Position numbers and translations under genes: made by a program
Shown: positions 36,401 through 45,803 of the stretch, one piece after another
How positions within the stretch are numbered: the stretch's first letter is position 1
How the letters are laid out: every line of letters begins with the position of its first letter
Source: Syntrophus aciditrophicus
GTDB lineage: Bacteria; Desulfobacterota; Syntrophia; Syntrophales; UBA5619
Assembly (NCBI GenBank): GCA_020726025.1
Contig: DYTH01000002.1
Coordinates: 1 to 55,616, forward strand
DNA: 55,616 bases
Reading direction: 5' to 3'
The notes under the pieces: model-generated
Told to the model about the DNA's origin: nothing
Database searches by the model: none
What the model saw: only the letters and a program-made list of their open reading frames with translations

Positions 36401-37540
36401 CGCGGTCTCGGGCGTGGGCGGATTGCTCGGTCTGAGCCTCCTGTATATCTCGATGACGGCATCTTCCGCCGACTCAATCCGATCCATCAACATGGTGTTT
36501 CTGATGGAGGAAGTTTCCTTCTCGTCGCCCATGTTGATAAACTTGAGGGAATCAACCGCTTTCCCCTGGAGGAGCTGCAGCATATCCAGAGTCAGTTCCT
36601 CGTTGCTTTTAGCAAGGATTTCGCCTGTTTCCCGGTCGAGAACGTCGGAAACCAAAACACGTCCCAGGATATCCTCTACGCTCAAGGATATTCTTTTCTC
36701 CTTAAGGTCCGCCATCTTATGAATAAGGGGTTTTGTGAACTTGCGCCCCTTCTTGACGACAACCTCGCCGTTTCTGGCAACGATGTCGAACGGCGCCTTC
36801 CAGCCAAGCAGCGCATCATCCACGGAAATATAAAAATTGCCGTCTTCGATGTGTCCCTGCTCAACTTTATAGAAATACCGGAGTATGTCCTCGGTGGAAT
36901 TGCCCATTGCCTTCAGCAGAATGGTCACCGGCATCTTGCGCCGACGGTCTATCCGAACATAGAGCAGATCCTTGGAATCGAATTCGAGGTCCAGCCATGA
37001 CCCTCTGATCGGGATAACCCTCGAAGAATACATGACCTTCCCGGAAATCTGCGTTTTTTGCTTGTCGCTGTCGAAAAAAATACCGGGCGACCGGTGAAGC
37101 TGGCTGACGATGACCCGTTCCGTACCGTTTATGATAAAGGTGCCGTTTTCGGTCATGAGCGGAATCTCGCCGAAATAAATCTCCTGCTCCTTAATGTCGC
37201 GGATCGTCTTGGGATCCGTGTTCCTTTCGACATCATAGACGACCAGACGGACAACGATCTTCAGGGGCGAGGCAAAGGTCATTCCCTTCTGCACGCACTC
37301 CTGCACATCGTAGCGGGGTGCGCCTATTTTATAACTTACAAACTCCAGGGAACATTTGCCGCTGAAATCGGAAATGGGAAACACGCTTTTAAAGGCGGCC
37401 TGAAGGCCAATGGCTCCCCGTCTATCCGGATCGACAGCTTCCTGAAGAAACTTCCTGTAGGAATCAGTCTGAATATCTATCAGGTTGGGGATATCGAGTA
37501 TCCGCCTGATACGGCCAAAACTTTTTCTAAATTCTTCCAT
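33452..37540 (-). CDS. rpoB: DNA-directed RNA polymerase subunit beta
   Basis: About 1362 aa from the ATG at 37540 ([24 protein letters not shown]). The ORF-track start at 37591 is a TTG 17 codons upstream. Confidence 0.97.
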   Translation of the reverse strand: MEEFRKSFGRIRRILDIPNLIDIQTDSYRKFLQEAVDPDRRGAIGLQAAFKSVFPISDFSGKCSLEFVSYKIGAPRYDVQECVQKGMTFASPLKIVVRLVVYDVERNTDPKTIRDIKEQEIYFGEIPLMTENGTFIINGTERVIVSQLHRSPGIFFDSDKQKTQISGKVMYSSRVIPIRGSWLDLEFDSKDLLYVRIDRRRKMPVTILLKAMGNSTEDILRYFYKVEQGHIEDGNFYISVDDALLGWKAPFDIVARNGEVVVKKGRKFTKPLIHKMADLKEKRISLSVEDILGRVLVSDVLDRETGEILAKSNEELTLDMLQLLQGKAVDSLKFINMGDEKETSSIRNTMLMDRIESAEDAVIEIYRRLRPSNPPTPETAAKFFQSLFFTPETYDLSDVGRAKMNYKLRLDVPKDVTVLRNEDIMSAVKYLIDLKNGSAECSVDDIDHLGNRRVRSVGELIENQYRIGLVRMERAIKEKMTLQDIETMMPHDLVNAKPVSAIVNEFFGSSQLSQFMDQTNPLSEITHKRRLSALGPGGLTRERAGFEVRDVHPSHYGRICPVETPEGPNIGLIVSLSTYARVNEFGFIETPYRIVENGQVFDEIKYLTAIEEENLVIAQADRPLSPEGHFLEQLIPARRGPDFLAVVPEDVSMMDVSPTQLVSVAATLIPFLEHDDANRALMGSNMQRQAVPLMAPEVPIVGTGMELYVARDSGAVVAARRDGVVESVDASRIVVKCSNPEKDSLDTGVDIYNLIKYKRSNQDTCFNQKPIVSRGQKVRKGEIIADGPATDNGELALGRNVMVAFMSWGGYNYEDSILVSERIVKEDIFTSIHIEEFEVMARDTKLGKEEITRDIPNLGEDVLRHLDDSGIVSMGVAVKPGDILVGKITPKGETQLSAEEKLLRAIFGEKASDVRDTSLRVPPGVEGTVIDAKIFSRKGTEKDSRSRTIETEAVNQIKKDRDEEIRIIADGVKKQIFELLTGKKTAGKVLDAKKKHILFKKGDTITEDVLNKTDIETWREVSLEGDEETEKQIGILYDNLARKKEFVNAYFDGKIEKLTAGDELPPGVIKLVKVYVAIKRKLSVGDKMAGRHGNKGVLSRILPEEDMPYLKDGTPVDIVLNPLGVPSRMNVGQILETHLGLAAKGAGEKINKLIQRNRGLADVKKEMKKVYSSPQFDDFLKKASDDEIIAFARRLKRGVLVATPVFDGADEKDINGMLKSADLDESGQTVLYDGRTGEPFSQKITVGIIYMLKLHHLVDNKIHARSIGPYSLVTQQPLGGKAQFGGQRLGEMEVWAIEAYGAAYTLQEFLTVKSDDVAGRTRIYEAIVKGEHTFEPGLPESFNVLVKELQSLCLDVDLIEEK

Positions 37541-37714
37541 AGTATCCTTTCGGCTCTCAGCCGTCAGAGATTTCTTTTCCACCAACAGCAATATGGGACA
37601 TGTCCCTCAAAACCAATCCCCCGTCTCTTACGGAGAAAAATACTTTTGAGGGATCCATAATCCCAGCCACTGCTGTATAACGCCGTCACGGATCATCAAA
37701 AATCCGTGCAATTT
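37541..37714 (-). promoter_or_regulatory. Structured rplL-rpoB intercistronic region (candidate attenuator or processing site)
   Basis: Minus-sense hairpins: CACGGAT-8 nt-ATCCGTG (37687-37708) right after the rplL stop, a longer CCCTCAAAA...TTTTGAGGG pairing, and a GGGACATGTCCC palindrome. By analogy to the E. coli rplL-rpoB attenuator. No clean T-run. Confidence 0.35.
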
Positions 37715-38098
37715 TTATTTCACTTCTGCCGTACCGCCAACTTCCTCGATTTTCTTTTTGATATCGGCAGCTTCATCCTTGGAGACGCCTTCCTTGATCG
37801 GCTTGGGCACGCCCTCCACCAGATCCTTGGCCTCTTTGAGCCCCAGACCGGTGATGGCGCGGACAACCTTGATAACCTGAATCTTCTGATCGCCGAATCC
37901 GGTCAGAATGGCGTCAAACTCCGTCTTCTCTTCCACGGGGGCTGCAGCTGCCGCAGGGCCCGCGGCCATCATGGCGACAGGCGCCGCGGCGCTTACGCCC
38001 AGTTTCTCTTCCAGTTCCTTGACAAGCTCGGAGAGCTCCAGAACGGTCATTCCCTCAATGAATTTAACTACGTCATCCTTTGTAATCTCGTTAGCCAT
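37715..38098 (-). CDS. rplL: 50S ribosomal protein L7/L12
   Basis: 127 aa with [19 protein letters not shown] and an Ala-rich hinge. Confidence 0.97.
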   Translation of the reverse strand: MANEITKDDVVKFIEGMTVLELSELVKELEEKLGVSAAAPVAMMAAGPAAAAAPVEEKTEFDAILTGFGDQKIQVIKVVRAITGLGLKEAKDLVEGVPKPIKEGVSKDEAADIKKKIEEVGGTAEVK

Positions 38099-38127
38099 TT
38101 TCGTATTCCTTCCTGTATGTTGTGTTT

Positions 38128-38652
38128 TTAATTTTCAGTTGCCTTTTTTTCTTTGTACGCATGAAGAACTTGCACGAAACTCCTTGGAACTCCGCTTAAG
38201 ACGTTCACAAGAGATGTCTGCGCCGCGACCATGACCGACAGCAGTCGGCCAAGCATCACCTCGCGGCTCGGCAGCTCGGCCAGAGCCGAAAGCTGCTCCG
38301 GAGTCAGGGCCTTCCCGCCCATCACGCCGGCCTTAATCTGAAGTTTCTCGTTTTTTTTGGCAAAATCGACAAGCGCCTTGGTTGCCGTCACAGCATCGCC
38401 GTGGGCAATGGCAACCGTCAGAGGCCCGCGCAGATGCCCATCCAGCAGGCTCATCTCGGTCCCCTGAGCCGCAATCGACAAAAGCGTGTTCTTGACAACC
38501 CGCAACTCAACATCGGACTTGCGCAGCGCCACCCTCAACTCCGTCATTTTTGCCACGTCCATCCCGCTGTACCCAGCCAGGACGGCAATTTTGAAATCCT
38601 TCAGTCTTTCGTGCAGTTCAGCAGCTACTTGCTCTTTCGTTCCCCGATCCAA
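38128..38652 (-). CDS. rplJ: 50S ribosomal protein L10
   Basis: 174 aa. TTG start 7 nt after AAGGAGG. Position between rplA and rplL. Confidence 0.95.
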   Translation of the reverse strand: MDRGTKEQVAAELHERLKDFKIAVLAGYSGMDVAKMTELRVALRKSDVELRVVKNTLLSIAAQGTEMSLLDGHLRGPLTVAIAHGDAVTATKALVDFAKKNEKLQIKAGVMGGKALTPEQLSALAELPSREVMLGRLLSVMVAAQTSLVNVLSGVPRSFVQVLHAYKEKKATEN

Positions 38653-38835
38653 AATTCAGCCTCCTTCCTTCTTTTACTTCTTTAGCTTCCAAACAAAGCC
38701 TCGTTACAGTCAGAGAACACAAGCAACATACAGGATGCTATCCCATTGTCTCGGCAGGCCGACCGAAGGCGTTTAAACATCCCGTACCCGCTGTCTCAGA
38801 CATGATAAAACTTCACTTAACTCACAGAGTCGGCA
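38653..38835 (-). promoter_or_regulatory. 183-nt untranslated leader of rplJ (candidate L10-leader autoregulatory RNA)
   Basis: Unusually long non-coding gap in an otherwise tight cluster. It contains a GC hairpin around GCCTTCGGTCGGC. The call is by position only; I could not verify the covariance model by eye. Confidence 0.35.
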
Positions 38836-39534
38836 TCAGATATTGCGCACCGACAGTGGATCCACCTTCACCCCCGGCCCCATTGCAGAGGAAAGGGAGA
38901 TGCTGCGCAGATAGATGCCCTTGCTCGATGCCGGCTTAAGCTTCATCACCATCTCAAGCAGTGCAAGGAAGTTCTCCTTCAGCTTTTCCGCGCCGAACGA
39001 TACCTTTCCCAGCGGACAGTGGACAATCCCGGCCTTCTCGACGCGAAATTCGACCCGCCCCGCCTTCAGTTCGGAAACGGCGTTGGCCACATCAAACGTG
39101 ACGGTGCCGACCTTCGGGTTTGGCATGAGGCCGCGGGGCCCCAGAATCTTGCCGAGCTTGCCGACATTGCCCATCATATCGGGGGTGGCAATAACGCGGT
39201 CAAAATCGAGCCAGCCGCCCTTGATTTTTTCAACCATGTCGTCCGCGCCCACAAAATCGGCGCCGGCATCGAGCGCTTCCTTCTCCTTTTCCCCTTTGGC
39301 AAAAACAAGAATTCTGACCGTTTTGCCCAGACCGTTGGGAAGGACGACCGAACCGCGGACCATCTGATCCGCATGCGCCGGATTCACGCCGAGCCTGATC
39401 GCCGCATCGACGGTTTCGTCAAACTTTGCCGTTGCCGATTTTGCGACAAGCTCCATCGCTTCCTGCAACGCATAGCGGCTGGCGGAATCGATCGCCTTTT
39501 TTACCTCTGAATACTTTTTACCCCTTTTCGCCAT
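38836..39534 (-). CDS. rplA: 50S ribosomal protein L1
   Basis: 232 aa with MAKRGKKY...[13 protein letters not shown]. Confidence 0.97.
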   Translation of the reverse strand: MAKRGKKYSEVKKAIDSASRYALQEAMELVAKSATAKFDETVDAAIRLGVNPAHADQMVRGSVVLPNGLGKTVRILVFAKGEKEKEALDAGADFVGADDMVEKIKGGWLDFDRVIATPDMMGNVGKLGKILGPRGLMPNPKVGTVTFDVANAVSELKAGRVEFRVEKAGIVHCPLGKVSFGAEKLKENFLALLEMVMKLKPASSKGIYLRSISLSSAMGPGVKVDPLSVRNI

Positions 39535-39550
39535 GATCAGACCTCAAATA

Positions 39551-39973
39551 TTATAGGATTTCAATCCCCATGGATCTCGCCGTTCCGGCGACAATGCGGA
39601 TGGCGCCCTCAACGTCAACGGCGTTGAGATCGTTCATTTTAAGCTCGGCTATCTCGCGCACCTGCTGCCGGGTTACATCACCCACTTTCAGTCTCTTCGG
39701 ATCGCCCGACCCCTTGGCTATTTTCGCAGCCTGTTTCAACAGAACCGAAGCCGGGGGAGTTTTTGTCACAAAGGTAAAGGAACGATCGGCATAGACGGTA
39801 ATCAGGGCGGGAACGATCATTCCCTCCTGGCTCTGCGTCATGGCGTTGTACGCCTTGCAGAACTCCATGATGTTGACTCCGTGCTGACCAAGAGCCGGGC
39901 CGATGGGGGGAGACGGTGTGGCCTTTCCCGCCTTTATCTGAAGTTTTATGTTCGCTATAACCTTCTTCGCCAT
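39551..39973 (-). CDS. rplK: 50S ribosomal protein L11
   Basis: [40 protein letters not shown] from the ATG at 39973. Confidence 0.96.
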   Translation of the reverse strand: MAKKVIANIKLQIKAGKATPSPPIGPALGQHGVNIMEFCKAYNAMTQSQEGMIVPALITVYADRSFTFVTKTPPASVLLKQAAKIAKGSGDPKRLKVGDVTRQQVREIAELKMNDLNAVDVEGAIRIVAGTARSMGIEIL

Positions 39974-40000
39974 TGTGATCACCTTTTGCTGTTATGAATT

Positions 40001-40042
40001 TATAAAAACGCGGTCCGGGCATCGGGATTTCGCCCGCCGCGT
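40001..40042 (-). terminator. Hairpin plus T-run between nusG and rplK (terminator or attenuator)
   Basis: Minus-sense ACGCGG-CGGGC...GCCCG-CCGCGT followed by TTTTTATA, starting about 10 nt after the nusG stop. Confidence 0.55.
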
Positions 40043-40052
40043 GCCTCGCCGT

Positions 40053-40583
40053 TTAAATCTGCGCCACCTGTATGAAATCGAGCTCCACCGGCGTTGAACG
40101 TCCAAAAATACTGACGATAACCCGTAATTTTCCCTTTTCCGGTTTCAATTCATCGATAAAGCCGTCAAAGTTGGTGAAGGGACCGTCTATGATCCGGACA
40201 TGATCGCCAACGTCGAACTTGAACTTGGGTTTCGGCTTGAGCGTCCCTTCATCTATTCGGGTGATGAGATTCTCGACATCCTTGTCCTGGATAGGAGACG
40301 GCTTGTCCTTCGAGCCGATAAAACCGGTAACCTTGGGCGTATCGTTGACGATGTGCCAGGTTTCGTCGTTAAGCTCCATCCGCACCAGTATGTAGCCGGG
40401 GAAAAACTTCCTCTTGGAGGTCTTCTTCTCTCCGGATACAAGCTCTACGACGTTCTCTTCCGGGATGAGAATATCCGAAAAGAACTCCTGCTTGCCAGAT
40501 TTATCCACCCTTTCCTGCAACGAAAGCTTAACCTTGTTTTCGTACCCGGAATAGGTGTGGACTACATACCATCTCAAAGCCAT
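40053..40583 (-). CDS. nusG: Transcription termination/antitermination factor NusG
   Basis: 176 aa with MALRWYVVHTYSGYENKV and a KOW-like C-terminus. Confidence 0.97.
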   Translation of the reverse strand: MALRWYVVHTYSGYENKVKLSLQERVDKSGKQEFFSDILIPEENVVELVSGEKKTSKRKFFPGYILVRMELNDETWHIVNDTPKVTGFIGSKDKPSPIQDKDVENLITRIDEGTLKPKPKFKFDVGDHVRIIDGPFTNFDGFIDELKPEKGKLRVIVSIFGRSTPVELDFIQVAQI

Positions 40584-40587
40584 TTTA

Positions 40588-40803
40588 TTAACCCAGCACC
40601 AGTTTTACGACCTTGCTCAATCCAAAATCGACGATCCCCAGAAACACGGATATTATTATCACCACGATGATTACTACCGATGTAGAGGCCAGAGTCTGTT
40701 TCGGCGTGGGCCAGACAACCTTCTTGAGTTCAACCAGTGAACCGGCCAGAAACTGCTTCGTCTTCCCCCAGAACACCTTTATCTTGTCAATCATCTTGTC
40801 CAT
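40588..40803 (-). CDS. secE: Preprotein translocase subunit SecE
   Basis: 71 aa, single C-terminal TM, with ELKKVVWPTPKQT. Confidence 0.93.
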   Translation of the reverse strand: MDKMIDKIKVFWGKTKQFLAGSLVELKKVVWPTPKQTLASTSVVIIVVIIISVFLGIVDFGLSKVVKLVLG

Positions 40804-40839
40804 TCAACACCTTTTTTCGCCCCTCGTCGCAATAAAATA

Positions 40840-40916
40840 TGGCAGGCCAGGAGGGACTTGAACCCCCAGCATCCGGATTTGGAGTCCGGCGCTCTATCCA
40901 TTAGAGCTACTGGCCC
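40840..40916 (-). tRNA. tRNA-Trp (anticodon CCA)
   Basis: Hand-folded cloverleaf: acceptor GGGCCAG/CTGGCCT, anticodon arm CCGGA-CTCCAAA-TCCGG, T-loop TTCAAGT, encoded CCA. Confidence 0.9.
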
Positions 40917-40925
40917 GTTCCGCGT

Positions 40926-41075
40926 CTATTTCGTTTCCTTGTGCAGCGTATGGATTCGACAGAACTTGCAGTACTTCTTGATCTCGAACTTGTTCTGCAT
41001 CGTTCGTTTGTTCTTTGTCGTCGTGTAATTGCGATGTTTGCATTCCGAGCACGCCAACGTAATAATATTTCTCAT
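40926..41075 (-). CDS. rpmG: 50S ribosomal protein L33 (Zn-ribbon form)
   Basis: Not in the ORF track. Hand translation: [49 protein letters not shown], with TAG at 40926-40928. Confidence 0.93.
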   Translation of the reverse strand: MRNIITLACSECKHRNYTTTKNKRTMQNKFEIKKYCKFCRIHTLHKETK

Positions 41076-41097
41076 AGACCATACCACCTTGCATAAA

Positions 41098-41173
41098 TGG
41101 AGCCCACGACCAGGATTGAACTGGTGACCTCATCCTTACCAAGGATGTGCTCTACCGACTGAGCTACGTGGGC
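41098..41173 (-). tRNA. tRNA-Thr (anticodon GGT)
   Basis: Hand-folded: GCCCACG acceptor, anticodon arm CATCC-TTGGTAA-GGATG, T-loop TTCAATC, encoded CCA. Confidence 0.9.
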
Positions 41174-41282
41174 AAACAAAACCTGAGCAGCTCCGCCTTT
41201 CCTTCCTCTGAACGCCGTGGCAGGAACTAACCCGCTGCACCCGACGCCTTCGTCATGAAATTTAAAGCAACCCATCCCAAAT

Positions 41283-41358
41283 TGGAGCGGGAAACGGGAT
41301 TCGAACCCGCGACCCTCAGCTTGGAAGGCTGACGCTCTAGCCCCTGAGCTACTCCCGC
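41283..41358 (-). tRNA. tRNA-Gly (anticodon TCC)
   Basis: Hand-folded: GCGGGAG acceptor, anticodon arm TCAGC-CTTCCAA-GCTGA, T-loop TTCGAAT, encoded CCA. Confidence 0.9.
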
Positions 41359-41407
41359 CAATAGCCGCTCACAACAAGCCTTTTTGCGATACCCCGCAAA
41401 GGCAATT

Positions 41408-41493
41408 TGGTGGAGGGGGGAGGTTTCGAACCTCCGTAGGCTTAAGCCGGCAGATTTACAGTCTGCTCCCTTTGACCACTCGGGAACCCCTCC
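41408..41493 (-). tRNA. tRNA-Tyr (anticodon GTA)
   Basis: Hand-folded: GGAGGGG acceptor, anticodon arm GCAGA-CTGTAAA-TCTGC, long variable arm, encoded CCA. Confidence 0.9.
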
Positions 41494-41523
41494 ACACTTC
41501 TTCCCAATGACATAGAACTTTCA

Positions 41524-41599
41524 TGGAGCTGGCGATGGGACTTGAACCCGCAACCTGCTGATTACAAATCAGCTGCTCTGCCGATTGAGCTACGCCAGC
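41524..41599 (-). tRNA. tRNA-Thr (anticodon TGT)
   Basis: Hand-folded: GCTGGCG acceptor, anticodon arm GCTGA-TTTGTAA-TCAGC, T-loop TTCAAGT, encoded CCA. Confidence 0.9.
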
Positions 41600-41650
41600 G
41601 GTACTTTATATCCTCCCCGTGGGCATAAATCCGCCCACATGGAAACCGGG

Positions 41651-41679
41651 ACATTAATTTTAATGTCGCCGTTTGTCAA
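41651..41679 (-). promoter_or_regulatory. Candidate promoter of the four-tRNA / rpmG / secE-nusG unit
   Basis: Minus-sense TTGACA (41674-41679), a 17-nt spacer, TAATGT (41651-41656), preceded by a long A/T-rich UP-like tract. About 50 nt upstream of tRNA-Thr(TGT). Confidence 0.5.
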
Positions 41680-41724
41680 GAATTTTTTTAATATTTTTTA
41701 TTATGCACAAATGTAAAAAAAAGG

Positions 41725-41753
41725 TGGACAATTAACGGCAAATCGTTTAAAAG
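41725..41753 (+). promoter_or_regulatory. Candidate promoter of tRNA-Pro
   Basis: TGGACA (41725-41730), a 17-nt spacer, TAAAAG (41748-41753), 10 nt before the tRNA 5' end. Divergent from the minus-strand tRNA promoter. Confidence 0.4.
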
Positions 41754-41763
41754 GCCCCGCAGT

Positions 41764-41840
41764 CGGGATGTGGCCCAGCTTGGTAGGGCACTGCGTTCGG
41801 GACGCAGGAGTCGCGCGTTCAAATCGCGCCATCCCGACCA
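41764..41840 (+). tRNA. tRNA-Pro (anticodon CGG)
   Basis: Hand-folded: CGGGATG acceptor, anticodon arm CTGCG-TTCGGGA-CGCAG, T-arm GCGCG-TTCAAAT-CGCGC, encoded CCA, followed by T7. Confidence 0.9.
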
Positions 41841-41852
41841 TTTTTTTACCTT

Positions 41853-43061
41853 TTATCCTGCGGCAGCCGCCATCTTGAAGATGGGCAGGTACATGGCAAT
41901 AATCATTCCGCCGACAACGCCGCCCAAAAACACCATCATAAAAGGCTCAAGCAGGGCGGTCATCGCATCCACGGCAGCATCCACCTCGTCGTCGTAAAAA
42001 TCGGCTATTTTTGCAAGCATCGTATCGAGCGCGCCGGTAGCTTCACCTACCGCGATCATCTGCACCACCATCGCCGGAAAGATATCCGTCTCCATCAACG
42101 GCTCGGCAATCGTTTTCCCCTCGCCAATGCTTTGGCGGGTCTTCATGATGGCGTTCTCGATGATTTTGTTCCCGGATGTTTTGCTTACAATATCAAGACC
42201 TTCCATGATGGGAACCCCGCTTGACATCATCGTCGAGAGGGTGCGGGTAAACTTGGCAACCGCCACCTTTTTGAGCAGCGGGCCAAAAACCGGCGCCTTG
42301 AGGATCAGGGCATCGACGGTCAGGGTTCCTTTTTCCGTCTGGTAGTACCTCTTGAAGACAAAAACCAGCGCGACAACGCCAATGATCACGTAGATAAAGT
42401 AGCTCTGGGCTGCGGCGCTCAAATCGACCAGAAACTGAGTAGGACCCGGCAGGGCAGAACCCATTCCCTCGAACATCTTCTGGAAAACGGGGATAACCTT
42501 AAGCAAGAGCAGCGCCACCACGCCGATGGAGATGCCCAGAACGCTCGCCGGGTAGGTCATCGCCCCCTTGACCTTGCCTTTGAGCTTCATCGCCTTTTCC
42601 ATGTAGTTCGAAAGGCGCTGGAGAATCACATCAAGAATACCGCCGCTTTCCCCGGCGGCCACAAGATTGACGAACAACTGGTCAAATATCTTTGGGTATT
42701 TTTTGAGCGCATCGGTGAGCGTCGCGCCTCCTTCGATATCGTCCTTCATCCCCTTGATGATTTTGGCAAAGGTCTTGTTCTGCTCCTGCGCGCCCAGGAT
42801 ATCGAGACACTGCATCAGCGGAAGCCCGGCGTTGATCATTGTCGCGAAGATCCGGGAAAAGACCACGATATCCTTTTCGGTTACCTTGGGCTGCATAAAG
42901 GCGACGTTTTCAAACAGATCCTTGGGCTTCGCCTTGATCTTGCCGACCTTGAGGCCCTGGCGGCGAAGCCTTCCGCGAACCGCAGCCTCATCTGTTGCCT
43001 CCATCTCACCCTTCTTTGTCTCGCCTGTTTTGGTCTCTGCCTGCCATAGAAATACCGGCAT
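41853..43061 (-). CDS. pilC: Type IV pilus / type II secretion platform protein (PilC/GspF family)
   Basis: 402 aa with two GspF-type repeats (FSRIFATMINAGLPLMQCLD and FTRTLSTMMSSGVPIMEGLD) and 3 TM segments. Confidence 0.9.
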   Translation of the reverse strand: MPVFLWQAETKTGETKKGEMEATDEAAVRGRLRRQGLKVGKIKAKPKDLFENVAFMQPKVTEKDIVVFSRIFATMINAGLPLMQCLDILGAQEQNKTFAKIIKGMKDDIEGGATLTDALKKYPKIFDQLFVNLVAAGESGGILDVILQRLSNYMEKAMKLKGKVKGAMTYPASVLGISIGVVALLLLKVIPVFQKMFEGMGSALPGPTQFLVDLSAAAQSYFIYVIIGVVALVFVFKRYYQTEKGTLTVDALILKAPVFGPLLKKVAVAKFTRTLSTMMSSGVPIMEGLDIVSKTSGNKIIENAIMKTRQSIGEGKTIAEPLMETDIFPAMVVQMIAVGEATGALDTMLAKIADFYDDEVDAAVDAMTALLEPFMMVFLGGVVGGMIIAMYLPIFKMAAAAG

Positions 43062-43064
43062 AAG

Positions 43065-43799
43065 TCATCGCCTCCACTTCCTGAGAATCTCAAATAGAAT
43101 AACCCCGGTTGCAACCGAAATATTTAACGAAGTCACCCTCCCCAGCATTGGTATCGAGACAAGAAAATCGCAGCTCTTAAGGACCAGCGGCCGGATGCCG
43201 CGCCCCTCGCTTCCCATCACCAGAGCAACATTTCCTTCATAATCTAAAGAATCTACATCATCTTTGGCTTCAGCGTCGGCGCCGTAAATCCAGAAACCCG
43301 CCTCCTTGAGATACGCAATCGTCCGCACCAGGTTTACAACCCTGGCCACAGGCAACAGCTCCGAGGCGCCCGCTGATGCCTTCATCGTAGAGGCGGTAAC
43401 GGAGGCAGCCCGGTTTTCCGGTATCACAATGCCGTTTGCCCCCAGGCAGTGCGCCGTTCTGATCACAGAACCCAGGTTGCGCGGGTCGGCAACGCCGTCG
43501 AGCATAATCACCAGATCATGACTGTTTTTTTCGTGTCGGTTGGCAATCACCTGTTCGACGGTCGCATAGTCATAATCGCGTCCCAGCCCCAGAACCCCCT
43601 GGTGAACGCTTTTCGGGGCCAGCTTCTCGATGGCCTCCCGCCCGACAAATTCTACGGGAACGCCTGCTTTTTCCGCCAGATGGAGGATCTTTTCCAGCTC
43701 GACTCCACCCCTCCCCCGTGCGATCACGACCTTCTCAAAGGCGGGGGGTCGGGATGCAAGCCCTTCAATCAGCGGGTTGACGCCGTAGGTAATCTGCAT
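43065..43799 (-). CDS. rlmB: SpoU/TrmH-family 23S rRNA 2'-O-methyltransferase (RlmB-like)
   Basis: 244 aa with an N-terminal L30e-like substrate-binding segment and SpoU motifs (DPRNLGSVIRTA, LVMGSEGRGI, SLNISVATGI). Confidence 0.85.
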   Translation of the reverse strand: MQITYGVNPLIEGLASRPPAFEKVVIARGRGGVELEKILHLAEKAGVPVEFVGREAIEKLAPKSVHQGVLGLGRDYDYATVEQVIANRHEKNSHDLVIMLDGVADPRNLGSVIRTAHCLGANGIVIPENRAASVTASTMKASAGASELLPVARVVNLVRTIAYLKEAGFWIYGADAEAKDDVDSLDYEGNVALVMGSEGRGIRPLVLKSCDFLVSIPMLGRVTSLNISVATGVILFEILRKWRR

Positions 43800-43845
43800 G
43801 GCATCCTCAATTCACGCAGGATGTATTGTACGGCATGCCGTACAC

Positions 43846-44118
43846 CTACTCCGAATCGTCATCGTCCCCGACAAATTCCGTGTCGTGGGGAACGAGCTTG
43901 TAATTATCCTTCACAATTTCAAGATATTCTGGATTCGCGTAATAGACCTTGCCGACGGCGACCTCCCGGAGCGCGGTGACTATCTCCCGGTTGTTTCCCG
44001 GATCAACCAGCATACGAGACCCCTTCATAATTTGTTTGGTTCGTTGAGAGGTCAGCAACACAAGGGCAAACCGGTTTTTTGCCTTATTGAGTGAATCTTC
44101 TACGGTAACTCTCGCCAT
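43846..44118 (-). CDS. rpoZ: DNA-directed RNA polymerase subunit omega
   Basis: 90 aa with [30 protein letters not shown]. Confidence 0.93.
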   Translation of the reverse strand: MARVTVEDSLNKAKNRFALVLLTSQRTKQIMKGSRMLVDPGNNREIVTALREVAVGKVYYANPEYLEIVKDNYKLVPHDTEFVGDDDDSE

Positions 44119-44169
44119 AATCTATATGCCTCCATTTTTATAAAAAATCATTATTTCAAAAATAATGGT

Positions 44170-44289
44170 CTCGTCAAAAGTCGATTTTGTCCCCTTTTGT
44201 CATTCCGTGCTTGACACGGAATCCAGTGAATTTAGTCGCTTATGGATTCCGGCTTTCGCCGGAATGACGGTTTTTGGACTTTTGACGAG
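44170..44289. repeat. 120-bp REP/MITE-like nested-hairpin element
   Basis: Perfect 13-bp terminal inverted repeats: CTCGTCAAAAGTC (44170-44182) and GACTTTTGACGAG (44277-44289). Two internal perfect 8-bp hairpins: ATTCCGTG/CACGGAAT at 44202-44222 and ATTCCGGC/GCCGGAAT at 44246-44265. Long-range pairing TGTCATTCCG with CGGAATGACG. Confidence 0.8.
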
Positions 44290-44909
44290 TTCATCAAAAA
44301 TAATTCTATCGTACCCGTGCAGCGCTCCCGTCTGGACTTTTCTGCCAGATAAATCGCACGGAATCTCTCCACCGCCTCCTCGAGTTTTTCATTGACAACG
44401 ATGTAGTCATACCACAGAGCTTCCTTTATTTCACCCAAAGAAGCATCAAGGCGCCTTTTGAGCACATCCTCGGGTTCTCCCCGTTTGGCAAGACGCTCCC
44501 TCAACTCGGACAGAGATGGGGGCAGGATGAAAACGAAGACCGCACGCGGGTAGCGTTTTTTTATTTCACCGGCGCCGCGCGGTTCGATATCGAGAAGCAG
44601 ATCGACTCCCCGCTCCAGAAACGCGTCCATCATCGTCTTCGATGTGCCATAAAAATTGCCGTAATTTTCCACCCATTCGACAAACTCGCCGCGATCGATC
44701 ATTTCCCGAAACGTCTTTTGGGAAACAAAATGGTAATCCCTTCCCTCCAGCTCGCCGGGACGGGGCGCCCGCGTCGTAACGGAAACGGAAAAATGGATAT
44801 CCGGATCACGCTCCATCACCCGGCGGCAGACCGACGTCTTGCCTGCGCCGGAAGGGGCTGAGACCACCATCAGCAAACCCGCTGTGTTTTTCGACTCCTG
44901 CTCACTCAA
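44232..44909 (-). CDS. gmk: Guanylate kinase
   Basis: 225 aa with P-loop SAPSGAGKTS and a GMP-binding region. The last 18 sense codons and the stop lie inside the repeat element. Confidence 0.93.
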   Translation of the reverse strand: MSEQESKNTAGLLMVVSAPSGAGKTSVCRRVMERDPDIHFSVSVTTRAPRPGELEGRDYHFVSQKTFREMIDRGEFVEWVENYGNFYGTSKTMMDAFLERGVDLLLDIEPRGAGEIKKRYPRAVFVFILPPSLSELRERLAKRGEPEDVLKRRLDASLGEIKEALWYDYIVVNEKLEEAVERFRAIYLAEKSRRERCTGTIELFLMNSSKVQKPSFRRKPESISD

Positions 44910-45798
44910 TGTTCTGCGCCTGCTCCCTCAATTTCGCCAATTCACTTTTGATTTCGACGACTGACCTTGCTATCTCCACATCTCCGCTCTTCGAGCCGAT
45001 CGTGTTGACCTCCCGCCCCATCTCCTGAAGCAGAAAATCGATCTTCCGGCCGGCTGCGTCGCCCGCCGCCAAAAGATCACAGAACTGATCGATATGGCTG
45101 CGGAAACGAACGATCTCCTCGGTAATGTCGCTTTTTTCGGCCATGATCGCCACTTCCTGCAAAAGACGGGACTCGTCGAGTGCAATCCCCTCTGTCAGCT
45201 CCTTAATCCGATCGGTGAGCCTCTTCTGATAATCGGCCACGACAGAGGGGGTTCTTGCCGCGATTCCCTCCAGAAGCCCGGTAATCACCTGCAGACGATT
45301 TTTCAGATCGGTCGTCAGGCTCTCCCCCTCTTTTTCCCTCATCCCCAGGATATTCCCAATCGCCTCGTCGAGAATCGGGGAAAATCCCCCCCACAGCTCA
45401 ACAGGTTCTTCCTGTGTCTCGGCGGGAATGAATACATCCCGCAGGCCAATCAACGTGGCAAGGGAGACTTCCCCGGATATGTTGAATTCCTCCTTCAACT
45501 GATGAAGAAGGGCGTAGTAATTGCGGACAAGCGGCATATTCAGCGCCAGGCGCGTCTCGCTTTCGGCATCGCCATTGCCGTCGGCCCGGATCGAAACATC
45601 GATTTTCCCCCGGGAAAACCGCTCCCCCATCCGCCGTTTTATCTCTGCCTCCAAGGGAAACAGCGCCTGCGGCATCCTGAGCGATATCTCCAGAAAACGG
45701 TGGTTGACCGATTTCATCTCCACCGTGAATTTTCTTCCGGAAACACTCCCTTCCGCCTTCCCGTATCCCGTCATACTTTTCGTCATTGAAATTTCCAC
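44902..45798 (-). CDS. yicC: YicC-family stress-induced protein / endoribonuclease
   Basis: 298 aa with SMTGYGKA at the N-terminus and C-terminal EIKSELAKLREQAQNIE. The start may instead be the ATG at 45786. It overlaps gmk by 8 nt. Confidence 0.88.
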   Translation of the reverse strand: MEISMTKSMTGYGKAEGSVSGRKFTVEMKSVNHRFLEISLRMPQALFPLEAEIKRRMGERFSRGKIDVSIRADGNGDAESETRLALNMPLVRNYYALLHQLKEEFNISGEVSLATLIGLRDVFIPAETQEEPVELWGGFSPILDEAIGNILGMREKEGESLTTDLKNRLQVITGLLEGIAARTPSVVADYQKRLTDRIKELTEGIALDESRLLQEVAIMAEKSDITEEIVRFRSHIDQFCDLLAAGDAAGRKIDFLLQEMGREVNTIGSKSGDVEIARSVVEIKSELAKLREQAQNIE

Positions 45799-45803
45799 TC
45801 TCC

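Noticed and set aside
40894-41275. ORF-track ORFs of 82 aa (40894..41142) and 67 aa (41072..41275)
   Set aside because: They overlap tRNA-Trp, rpmG and tRNA-Thr. They are better explained by the hand-translated L33 gene and the tRNAs.
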